Below, piece by piece: positions 20,987-28,895 of a stretch of 64,000 bases of DNA. The notes below the pieces were generated by a model, which was given only the letters and a program-made list of their open reading frames with translations, ran no database searches and was not told the DNA's origin. The position numbers and the translations under genes are program-made. Within the stretch, counting starts at the first letter, position 1; every line of letters starts with the position of its first letter. The DNA is from an uncultured Thermoleophilia bacterium (lineage in GTDB: Bacteria > Actinomycetota > Thermoleophilia > UBA2241): contig CAVQSP010000011.1 of NCBI GenBank assembly GCA_963715985.1, forward strand, positions 288,001 through 352,000, in the 5' to 3' direction.

Positions 20987-21849
20987 GCGCGACCCTCGCC
21001 TACTACCCCGGCTGCTCGCTGCACGGCACGTCCGGCGAGTTCGACGCCAGCTTCAAGGCCACGGCCAGGGCGCTGGGCCTCACCCTGCTCGAGATCCCCG
21101 GCTGGGAGTGCTGCGGCAACACGGCGGCGCACTCCATCAACCGCCTGCTCTCCACGGCCCTGCCGGTCAACGAGCTGGCCAAGGTGGAGCAGGACATGAA
21201 GCTCGACGCCGTGGCCGTGCCCTGCGCGGCCTGCTACAGCCGCTTCAAGACCGGCGCCCACGAGGTGGCCGAGGACGCGGAGACGGCGGCCGACGTGCGT
21301 GCCGTGGTCGGCCGCCCGTACAACGGCGGGGTCGAGGTCCACAACCTCATCGACGTCTACCACGACGCCGTGGGCCTCGACGCCCTGGAGTCCAGGGTCA
21401 CGCGCCCGTTCCGCGGCCTCAAGGTGGCCTGCTACTACGGCTGCCTGCTCACCAGGCCGCCCAAGGTCACCCTGGCCGACGACCCCGAGTACCCCATGCA
21501 CATGGACGAGGTCGTCAAGGCGCTGGGCTGCGAGCCGGTGCAGTGGAACTACAAGACCGACTGCTGCGGCGCCGCGCTGGCGCTCACCGAGCAGGGCATC
21601 GTCGACGACCTCGTCGGTCGCATCCTCAATGACGCGCGCGCCTGCGGCGCGGAAGCCGTTGCCGTGGCCTGCCCGCTCTGCCAGGTCAACCTCGACGGCC
21701 GCCAGGTCGAGATCACCAAGAAGCAGGGCGACTGGCGCAGCGTGCCGGTCATCTTCCTCAGCCAGCTGGTGGGCCGCGCGATCGGCATCGACGACAAGAC
21801 GCTGGGCTTGAGCAAGCACCTCGTCGACATCGCCGCCGTGATGGCGTAA
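20983..21849 (+). CDS. hdrB: Heterodisulfide reductase subunit B-like (CCG domains)
   Basis: YYPGCSL, WECCG, PCAACY, YYGCLL, CCGA, ACPLCQ.NLD; ATGA overlap with hdrC. Confidence 0.93.
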   Translation: MSATLAYYPGCSLHGTSGEFDASFKATARALGLTLLEIPGWECCGNTAAHSINRLLSTALPVNELAKVEQDMKLDAVAVPCAACYSRFKTGAHEVAEDAETAADVRAVVGRPYNGGVEVHNLIDVYHDAVGLDALESRVTRPFRGLKVACYYGCLLTRPPKVTLADDPEYPMHMDEVVKALGCEPVQWNYKTDCCGAALALTEQGIVDDLVGRILNDARACGAEAVAVACPLCQVNLDGRQVEITKKQGDWRSVPVIFLSQLVGRAIGIDDKTLGLSKHLVDIAAVMA

Positions 21850-21874
21850 GCGGCGCGGCGAGAACGAAGCCCAC

Positions 21875-21918
21875 AGAGGGGCGGCGGGCCGGAAGGCCCG
21901 CCGCCCCTCTACGTCTTT
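21875..21918 (+). terminator. Intrinsic terminator after hdrB
   Basis: 16-bp perfect stem AGAGGGGCGGCGGGCC, GGAA loop, then ACGTCTTT. Confidence 0.75.
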
Positions 21919-22009
21919 CTGGAGGCGCGACCGCCCGCCCCAGCCTCTCGGCAAGCTTGCCGCGACGCGGTAGAGTGCGGGAGTAAGAGTGCGCGAAGAG
22001 GGAGCTACC

Positions 22010-22645
22010 ATGACTGAGGTCGTGCAGCCGGGGGCCGGGGGCCGCGTGCTCCTGGTGTACGCGACGCGGCACGGGTCCACGCGGGAGGTCGCCGAGGCGG
22101 TCGCCGAGGAGCTGCGTGCGGCCGGCGCCGAGGTGGAGTTGTGCGAGGCCTCGTCGGCGCCGGCGCCCGGCGGCTACGACGCGGTCGTGGTCGGCGCCCC
22201 GATGATCATGGGCTGGCATCGCGACGCCGAGAAATACGTCAAACGGCATCGCCAGGCACTGGCTCAAGTGCCGACGGCCTTCTTCGTGATGGCAGCGTCG
22301 CTCACCGACACCGGCGAGGGCGACGTGCGTGGCGTGCCCATCGTCAAGGACCCGTGGCTCGCCAAGAAGCCGCGCGAGGCCGGCAAGCTGCGCCGCAAGG
22401 AGCGCTACGCGCTGCCGGCGCACTACCTGGGCGACATCCTCGATGCCTGCGCCCCGGCGTGGCCGCGCACGGTGGCCTTCTTCGCGGGATCGCTCGACCT
22501 CACGACCATGAACGTCCTGGAGAAGCTCTTCGTGCTCCTCGTCATCGGCGCCACGCCCGGCGACGGGCGCAACTTCAAGGCCGTGCGCGAGTGGGCCGCC
22601 GAGCTGCCGGAGCGGCTGCGCCCGCCGGCCCCTCCGTCCGCCTGA
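22010..22645 (+). CDS. Flavodoxin-domain protein (HemG / Flavodoxin_5-like)
   Basis: LVYATRHGSTREVAEAVA, YDAVVVGAP, FFAGSLD, GDGRNFKAVREWA. Confidence 0.8.
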   Translation: MTEVVQPGAGGRVLLVYATRHGSTREVAEAVAEELRAAGAEVELCEASSAPAPGGYDAVVVGAPMIMGWHRDAEKYVKRHRQALAQVPTAFFVMAASLTDTGEGDVRGVPIVKDPWLAKKPREAGKLRRKERYALPAHYLGDILDACAPAWPRTVAFFAGSLDLTTMNVLEKLFVLLVIGATPGDGRNFKAVREWAAELPERLRPPAPPSA

Positions 22646-22804
22646 CCGCCACGCAGCACGGCGGACCACGGCTGCCACGGCGGCGCAGATACTGTCCAGC
22701 GTACCGCACTCGGCGCGCTGCCTGGCGGCACGCGGACGCGACGCCTCATATGATGCCCGCAGCGCTTCTGCACACTCACGCTACCGAGAGGAGAGGGTCG
22801 GTCG

Positions 22805-23464
22805 ATGAGCACCGTTGACGAACTCGTCAAGGCGGTCCAAGAGGGCAACGCCCCCCAGGCCGCCGACCTTGCCGCACGCGCGCTCGAGGAGGGCGCCGAC
22901 GCCGCCGGGCTGGTGGACTCGCTGTCCGCCGCCATGCGCGCCGTGGGCGACCGCTTCGGCACCGGCGAGATCTTTCTGCCGGAGCTGATGCTGGCGGCAC
23001 GCGCCATGCAGAAGGCCATGGACGTGCTGCAGCCCGCGCTGCTGGCGTCCGCCACCGCCAAGGGCAATCTGGGCGTCATCGTCCTCGGCACCGTGAAGGG
23101 CGACGTCCACGAGATCGGCAAGGACATCGCCATCACCATGCTTCGCGCCACCGGCTTCGAGGTGTACGACCTCGGCCGCGACGTGGACCCGCTGGACTTC
23201 GTCAAGCGCGCCGAGGAGCTGCACGCCGACATCATCGGCGCCTCCGCTCTGATGACCACCACCATGCCGGCTCAGCGGGAGCTCGTGGACATCCTCGTGG
23301 CCAAGGGCCTGCGCGACAAGTATCACGTGATCCTGGGAGGTGCCCCCGTGACGGCCGAGTGGGTGGCCGAGACGGGCGCCGACAGCTGGGGCGAGGACGC
23401 CGCCAAGGCGGCCAAAACGCTCGAGGAGTTCATGGCCGGCAAACGCGCGGGCGCGGGAGAGTGA
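22805..23464 (+). CDS. Methyltransferase cognate corrinoid protein (MtmC/MttC-like)
   Basis: Cap motif VGDRF..GEIFLPELMLAA; B12-binding GTVKGDVHEIGK (DxHxxG); SALMTTT; GGAP. Confidence 0.93.
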   Translation: MSTVDELVKAVQEGNAPQAADLAARALEEGADAAGLVDSLSAAMRAVGDRFGTGEIFLPELMLAARAMQKAMDVLQPALLASATAKGNLGVIVLGTVKGDVHEIGKDIAITMLRATGFEVYDLGRDVDPLDFVKRAEELHADIIGASALMTTTMPAQRELVDILVAKGLRDKYHVILGGAPVTAEWVAETGADSWGEDAAKAAKTLEEFMAGKRAGAGE

Positions 23465-23468
23465 CGGC

Positions 23469-24848
23469 ATGTCGCACCTGAAGATGTGGGAGATCATGGA
23501 GCGGGCCGCCGAGGGCCCGTACTGCGAGGACGACGAGTTCCTCTACGACGTCTTCCTGCCGACGATGCAGGACGTGCTGCAGAAGTACGAGATCAAGTTC
23601 GACCCGGCCACGCCGGTGCCCGCCGACGACGACCTCGCCGACCGCGTGTGGAAGGCGGCAGTGGAGCTCTTCCTCAAGGTCGGCGTGCACAACGTGGACA
23701 CGCACCGCCGCATCCTCATCACCGAGGACGAGCTCAACGAGGCGCTCTTCCTGGCGCCGCAGGTGCACCAGGTCGGCGCCGGTCACGAGACGCGCTGGTG
23801 GATGCCGCGCAAGATCGAGGACCCGCGCGGCCCGTTCTGCATCTTCAGCCCGGACATCACGTACGACGAGGACATCTTCCTGCAGGCCTCCATGGCCTAC
23901 GTGCAGGAGCCGCTCGCCGACGGCGTCTGCGGCCCTATCCTCGAGGAGTCCATCGGCCGCACCATCCACTCGGGCACGCCCACCGAGATGGCCGGCGTCA
24001 TGGAGCACGCCATGCTCCTGCGCAACGCCGCCAAGCTCGTCGGCCGCCCGGGCCTCTTCCTCGTGGCTGTGGGCACGGCGCAGTCGGACGTCGGCCAGGT
24101 GGCCGTGAGCAACAACGAGTGGGGCGTGCGCAGCAGCGACGGGCGTCTCATCGGCGTGCTCACCGAGATGAAGACCGACAACGAGCTGCTCAACAAGGTG
24201 GCGCACTGCAAGCAGTTCGGCTGCGCCATCGGCTGCCTCACCGGCGCGATCTACGGCGGCTACGCCGGCGGCGCCGAGGGCACGGCGGTGCTCGAGGTGG
24301 CACACCACCTCGTGGGCCTCACCGTGTACCAGCACAACTTCAACAACAGCTTCCCGTTCCACATGCAGCACACGTCCAACAGCGGCCGCGAGATGCTGTG
24401 GCTGGTGAGCATGGTGCACCAGGCGCTGGCCCGCAACAGCCGCATCCTCAGCACGAGCAACGGCTTCTTCAACGCCGGCCCCGGCACGGAGATGATCTTC
24501 CGCGAGGCCGCCGCGCACGCCATCGCCAGCGTGGTGAGCGGCGGCGACCTGTGGACGGCGGCGCCGCGCCACAACAAATACCGCAACTACGCCACGCCGC
24601 TGGAGGCGCGCCTCGCCTGCGAGGCCGGCCACGCCGTGGCGCTGCAGGGCATGACCCGCGAAAAGGCCTGTGAGGTCGTCGACACGCTCCTCAAGAAGTA
24701 CGAGGGCGAGATCGCCACGGCCCCCGAGGGCAAGCCCTTCCAGGAGTGCTACGAGGTCATGAAGGTCAAGCCGCAGGGCTGGTACCTGGACATGTACAAG
24801 GCCGCCAGGGAGGAGCTCGCGGGACTGGGCGTCGAGTTCCCGTATTGA
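23469..24848 (+). CDS. MtmB-family (monomethylamine:corrinoid methyltransferase-like) protein without pyrrolysine
   Basis: 459 aa; ERA..GP, KY.IKF...PVP.DDDLADRV, THRRI, GRPG, GGYAGG.EG, P.EAR, P.GK.FQECY, LG..F typical of MtmB; no in-frame TAG. Confidence 0.85.
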   Translation: MSHLKMWEIMERAAEGPYCEDDEFLYDVFLPTMQDVLQKYEIKFDPATPVPADDDLADRVWKAAVELFLKVGVHNVDTHRRILITEDELNEALFLAPQVHQVGAGHETRWWMPRKIEDPRGPFCIFSPDITYDEDIFLQASMAYVQEPLADGVCGPILEESIGRTIHSGTPTEMAGVMEHAMLLRNAAKLVGRPGLFLVAVGTAQSDVGQVAVSNNEWGVRSSDGRLIGVLTEMKTDNELLNKVAHCKQFGCAIGCLTGAIYGGYAGGAEGTAVLEVAHHLVGLTVYQHNFNNSFPFHMQHTSNSGREMLWLVSMVHQALARNSRILSTSNGFFNAGPGTEMIFREAAAHAIASVVSGGDLWTAAPRHNKYRNYATPLEARLACEAGHAVALQGMTREKACEVVDTLLKKYEGEIATAPEGKPFQECYEVMKVKPQGWYLDMYKAAREELAGLGVEFPY

Positions 24849-24883
24849 GAGACTGAAGCGGTCCGACGCCGCGAGCCGCGCAG

Positions 24884-24920
24884 ACGCGAGAGGGGCGCCC
24901 GGTCGGCGCCCCTCTCGCGT
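24884..24920 (+). terminator. Hairpin after the mtmB-like gene
   Basis: 16-bp perfect stem ACGCGAGAGGGGCGCC, 5-nt loop; no U-tract. Confidence 0.6.
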
Positions 24921-25040
24921 GCCGGGCGACGAGTCCCAAAGCCGAAGGCTTGTCGCCTCCAAACGCATGATCGCGAAGGCGATTTCAAGCAAGAGCACGT
25001 TCGGACGTGCGTCTGCTTGAAACCGCCGATCGGATGGTCG

Positions 25041-25099
25041 GGGCCGGCGGCGCGAGGCAGCGGCGGGCCGGTGGCGCGAGGCAGCGGCGGGCCGGCGGC
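25041..25099. repeat. 24-bp tandem repeat, about 2.5 copies
   Basis: GGGCCGGYGGCGCGAGGCAGCGGC at 25041 and 25065, partial copy at 25089. Confidence 0.85.
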
Positions 25100-25109
25100 A
25101 CCTGCAGGT

Positions 25110-25144
25110 CGCAAGAGGGGCGCCCCATGGGCGCCCCTCTTGCG
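25110..25144 (-). terminator. Hairpin ending the DUF1638 operon
   Basis: 16-bp perfect stem CGCAAGAGGGGCGCCC; paralog of the 24884 hairpin. Confidence 0.55.
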
Positions 25145-25216
25145 TCTCGTCATCAGCCGGCCTTCACGGCCCGGCCGGGCTTCCCGGCTGCGCGCCGTCA
25201 CGCGGCGCGAGTGGCG

Positions 25217-25465
25217 TCAGCTCCCGTCTTCCTGCTCGGCCAGCACTTCCGCGTAGACGCGGTCCAGGCCTCGCTCCAGGATCTTGCGGCGCCACACCAC
25301 AGCTCAGCGGCAGACCTGCCCGTCGCTGTGGTTGGGGAAGCACACCTCCCGTTCGGCCGGCGTCATCGCCGCGACACGGGCCGCGAACGCGGCGCCGTCC
25401 TCCGGCGCCTCCTGCAGACCGGCCGGCCGATCGGCGCCGCCCTCACCATGTCGTGCGTCCTGCAT
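25217..25465 (-). CDS. Putative small selenoprotein, 82 aa, in-frame TGA at codon 54 (not in ORF track)
   Basis: AGGAG RBS; MQDARHGEGGADRPAGLQEAPEDGAAFAARVAAMTPAEREVCFPNHSDGQVCR-TGA(25304-25306)-AVVWRRKILERGLDRVYAEVLAEQEDGS*; 24 of 28 codons after the TGA end in G/C. Confidence 0.65.
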
Positions 25466-25485
25466 GCGTCACGTCTCCTGATCGC

Positions 25486-25914
25486 TCACGGGAGCGGGTC
25501 CTGGTCCCACTCCGACGGTGTGTAGGCGCACCCCGGCTCGCCGCCCACGGCGAGGAGCGCGGTGCCGGGCGCTGTGGCCACCGCGCCGCGCCGGCTCTTG
25601 GGGTCGCGCACGTAGACGAAGGTCCCGGCCGGGGCGTCGAACTCCTCGCCGTCCACCTTGAAGCGGGCGCTGCCCGTCACCACGAGGTAGAGCTCCTCGT
25701 GGCGCGTGCCCGACTCGGGGTCCTCGGTGTGGTCCTCGGTGAGCACGTCACCGGCCTTGGGAGCGCGGAAGAGGTTGGTGCCGAACGAGCCGATGCCGAA
25801 GAAGCGGCGCAGCGGCTTCCACTCCGTCTCCGGGGCCCACTCGTACGGGATCGTGGGGATGTCGTCGATGCTCGCGGCCGTGTACTTCGCCGCGCCCTGC
25901 CGCTCGTCGCTCAT
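25486..25914 (-). CDS. Cupin-domain protein
   Basis: DHTE....HEELYLVVTG.A.F.VDGE...P.GT.V.V; GAGGAGG RBS. Confidence 0.85.
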   Translation of the reverse strand: MSDERQGAAKYTAASIDDIPTIPYEWAPETEWKPLRRFFGIGSFGTNLFRAPKAGDVLTEDHTEDPESGTRHEELYLVVTGSARFKVDGEEFDAPAGTFVYVRDPKSRRGAVATAPGTALLAVGGEPGCAYTPSEWDQDPLP

Positions 25915-25965
25915 GCCGGGCCCTCCTCAGCTCGCCTTGCTGCAGCTTACCCGCGCCTGCGGCGC

Positions 25966-26703
25966 TCAATCGGCAGCCGGCATGCACCCGCAGCCGCAGG
26001 CCTCGCAGCCCACAGGGTTCGGCGCGGTCTCGGGCGCCGGCTCCGTGTCGCCGAGCTCCCAGAAGATCTCCTCGCCCAGCACCTGCCCGGGCTCCACGAC
26101 GATGAACTCGTCGTCGTGCGGCCCGCGGATGAGCTTCTCGAGCAGCCGCAGCGAGCCGTCGAGCTGGATGACGGGCAGGCTGTAGAACTCCGAGACGGTC
26201 TCCACGTACTCGTGCGCCTTGTCGAGGTCGTAGGTGCCGGTGTCGATGACGGCCACGCGCGTGTACGACTCCATGATCATGTGCGCGACCATGCGGGCCT
26301 TCTCCTCACCCATGCGCGGGATCATCTTGAGGTACTCGCGGTACGGGTCCTCGAGCTCCTCGATCCAGCCGCGGGTGTAGTAGTACGTGCCGGGGTGCTC
26401 GCCAAACTCACGCAGGTAGGCGCGCCGGGAGCCCAGGAGGATGGCGATGCAGTCGTCGCAGGCGGGCAGGATCAACCGGTGCGAGCCCGCCACCAGCTCA
26501 GCCGTACCGTTGGAGCAGCGGCCGTAGCCGAGCAGGATGGTGCAGTCGTCCGGGGTGGCGGCGATCGCCTCGTTGATCTTCGCGCGGAGCACGTCCGGAG
26601 TGTCGTGCAGGAAGCCCTCGAGGTACTCCACCGGGATGTCCCCGCGGAGCGCCTCGACCTCGTCGCGGATGGTGCTGCAGGCGATGATCTTGTAGTCGGC
26701 CAT
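25966..26703 (-). CDS. DUF1638-family protein
   Basis: IIAC, LH.TP..LR, ILLGYGRCSNG, DDCIAILLGS, TYYYT.GW, IDTG; Cys-rich tail CEACGCGC. Confidence 0.85.
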   Translation of the reverse strand: MADYKIIACSTIRDEVEALRGDIPVEYLEGFLHDTPDVLRAKINEAIAATPDDCTILLGYGRCSNGTAELVAGSHRLILPACDDCIAILLGSRRAYLREFGEHPGTYYYTRGWIEELEDPYREYLKMIPRMGEEKARMVAHMIMESYTRVAVIDTGTYDLDKAHEYVETVSEFYSLPVIQLDGSLRLLEKLIRGPHDDEFIVVEPGQVLGEEIFWELGDTEPAPETAPNPVGCEACGCGCMPAAD

Positions 26704-26745
26704 GGGAAGTGATGCCTTTCGGTCGGGCACAGGTCACTGAGGCCC

Positions 26746-26774
26746 ATTGTAGGCTTCCGCGCGGGGAATGTCAG
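26746..26774 (-). promoter_or_regulatory. sigma70-type promoter of the DUF1638-cupin-selenoprotein operon
   Basis: Minus strand CTGACA-N17-TACAAT. Confidence 0.65.
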
Positions 26775-26869
26775 GTCGTTTCCGTCCTGATTAGGCGGCG
26801 TTGCGGCTACGCCGACCGGCCGGCGGGGTCGGGCCCAGCCGGCGCATCAAGCCCCGCGCCGTACGTAGC

Positions 26870-26904
26870 GGGGGCGGGGCGCCCGTCCCGGGCGCCCCGC
26901 CCCC
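26870..26904 (-). terminator. Hairpin after IPT/TIG gene 1
   Basis: 15-bp perfect stem GGGGGCGGGGCGCCC. Confidence 0.55.
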
Positions 26905-26957
26905 ACCTTCTCACAGCCGCCTCGGGCGGCCATGGTCAGCTCTTGGCGGACTTCACC

Positions 26958-28508
26958 TTACTTGGTCACCTGGAAGGAGTCGGTATCCATGGCGGACTGC
27001 GCGTTGCCGGCGGCGTCCGTCGCGAAGACCTTCACCTTGTACTTGCCCGGCGACAGCTTGCAGGTGAACGAGATGCTGTACTTCTGGTTGGAGGTCTTGG
27101 TGCCGCCGTTGACGCTCTTCTTCACGGCGCCGTTCGAGTTGTAGATCTTGATCGAGATACTGCTGCACTGCGGCGTGATGCTGTTGCAGATGTAGCTGAT
27201 CTTGCAGGTCTTGCCCTTCTTCACACTGGAGGGTGCGAAGGCCTCGGTCTGCGGACCGGTGGTGCAGATGTTGACGGTCGCCTGGGCCGTCTGGCTCTGC
27301 GCGCCGGTGTTGTCGAGCGCGTAGACCTGGACCGAGTTCACGCCGTTCGTGATGCCGCCCTGCGGGCCCGGCACGGTGATGGTGGTGCCGCTCAGCGTCG
27401 TGAAGGGCATGCTGCCGATCAGGTACATGACCTTCTGGATGCCGCTCTGGCTGTCGCTGGCATTGACCGTCAACGTGACCGGCTGGTTGTGCCACAGGTC
27501 GTCCGCGCCGCTGATGGTGACGACCGGGATCGTGGTCTCAGCGTTCACCGTGAACGGCAGCGACGCCGTTGGCGTGCCGGACGCGCCGTTACGCACCGCG
27601 AAGTTCAGGGTCCCCGCGTTGGCGATGTCGGCGGCGGTGAGTTGGCAGGTCATCTGCGTGGCGCTCACGTAGGTCGCGGCGTGCACGGCGCCATTCACGA
27701 GCACCTGCGTGTTGCCGCTCTGGAAGTTGGTGCCGCTGAGCGTCACGGACGGCGGACTGATGAGCTTGGCCCAGGTCTGCGCCGGGTTCAGCCCGATCAG
27801 TGTAGGGACCGGGGCGGTGACGACGAACGGTACCGGGTTGGAGGTCAGCGCGCCGGCCATGACCGTGAGCTGCGCGGCGCCCGGGTTGGCGATGAGCGCG
27901 GCGGGCACGATGGCCGTGCACGTTGCGGTCGGGTTGGGGAGCCCGCCGGGCGAGGTGACGAGCGCAGTCGAGTTCCAGTAGACGGTGGGAGAGGTGCCGA
28001 AGTTGGCGCCGTTCACCGTCAACGTGAAGGCCGCCCCGCCCGCGACGGCGGTCTGGGGCCGGACCGACGCGATGGTCGGACTCGTGGCAGGAGGCGTACC
28101 CGTGATGGTGAACGCGCCGGCGCGGAAGATCTCGTCGGGGACGATCTGACCGAAGCCGGTGTAGTAATCGACGACGACGTCGTAGGTACCGGCGCTCTCG
28201 AGGTAGGTGTTGATGCTACAGGCGATGTAGTCGCCGCCCAACATGGTCACGACGTAGGGATTGGAGGCGTGGACGACGTCATAGGGCCAGACCGTCTGCT
28301 GCAGCGTCACCTGGTCTATGTCCAGGATCTGCGAGAAGTTCTGGCCGAAGATCTTGAGCTGATACGTGTTGTAGTTGGTGTTCGACCCCGAGGTCGGGTC
28401 CACGCCCGTAATGTACGGGGCCGCGGCGAAGGCGCTCGCGGCATACACGAAGCTCAAGACGAGCACCACCGTAAGGACCAACATGACACCCAGACTGCGT
28501 TTCTTCAT
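26958..28508 (-). CDS. Secreted IPT/TIG (Ig-like) repeat protein, paralog 1
   Basis: Sec signal peptide; repeated P.I..V.P...T..GxNF units; Lys-rich C-terminal domain ending ATDAAGNAQ. Confidence 0.85.
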   Translation of the reverse strand: MKKRSLGVMLVLTVVLVLSFVYAASAFAAAPYITGVDPTSGSNTNYNTYQLKIFGQNFSQILDIDQVTLQQTVWPYDVVHASNPYVVTMLGGDYIACSINTYLESAGTYDVVVDYYTGFGQIVPDEIFRAGAFTITGTPPATSPTIASVRPQTAVAGGAAFTLTVNGANFGTSPTVYWNSTALVTSPGGLPNPTATCTAIVPAALIANPGAAQLTVMAGALTSNPVPFVVTAPVPTLIGLNPAQTWAKLISPPSVTLSGTNFQSGNTQVLVNGAVHAATYVSATQMTCQLTAADIANAGTLNFAVRNGASGTPTASLPFTVNAETTIPVVTISGADDLWHNQPVTLTVNASDSQSGIQKVMYLIGSMPFTTLSGTTITVPGPQGGITNGVNSVQVYALDNTGAQSQTAQATVNICTTGPQTEAFAPSSVKKGKTCKISYICNSITPQCSSISIKIYNSNGAVKKSVNGGTKTSNQKYSISFTCKLSPGKYKVKVFATDAAGNAQSAMDTDSFQVTK

Positions 28509-28804
28509 TGTCACCCTCCTCTTTGCTTACCAAGACGTCGTGCGCAGAACCGAAAAAAGTGCGTAGCTGGTGCTCCTCTCCCCCACACTACAGGCATGTT
28601 CGACCCCGACCACTTCTTACCTACTATCGGCATCCTTCTCCGGGTCTGAAGTTCTGACGCACGTCGGAGAGCCACGGACCGACTGCCGTTTCGCTGGGCT
28701 TACCCGTCTTGCGCGGCGTGTATGCAGATCTGGCAACAGGGGCGGACCGGGAACCTCGCGCTGCGCAAGGAACCGGCGAACGGCCGACTCGCAGAGCGGC
28801 CCAC

Positions 28805-28843
28805 AAAGAGGACGCGGGGCGCCACACCGCGCCCCGCATCCTC
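28805..28843 (-). terminator. Intrinsic terminator between the IPT paralogs
   Basis: 15-bp stem followed by TTT on the minus strand. Confidence 0.65.
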
Positions 28844-28895
28844 AGTCTCGCAGCCGCTCGCCCGGCCCGTTGTCCTGGGTCTCGCGAGCGTCAGG

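Noticed and set aside
22646-22804. Cobalamin or SAM riboswitch upstream of the corrinoid gene
   Set aside because: No B12-box or SAM-I core is recognisable, and a -10-like TATGAT near 22749 leaves only a short leader.
23469-24848. Pyrrolysine (TAG) read-through in mtmB
   Set aside because: The ORF is uninterrupted and the equivalent codon is GTG (Val).
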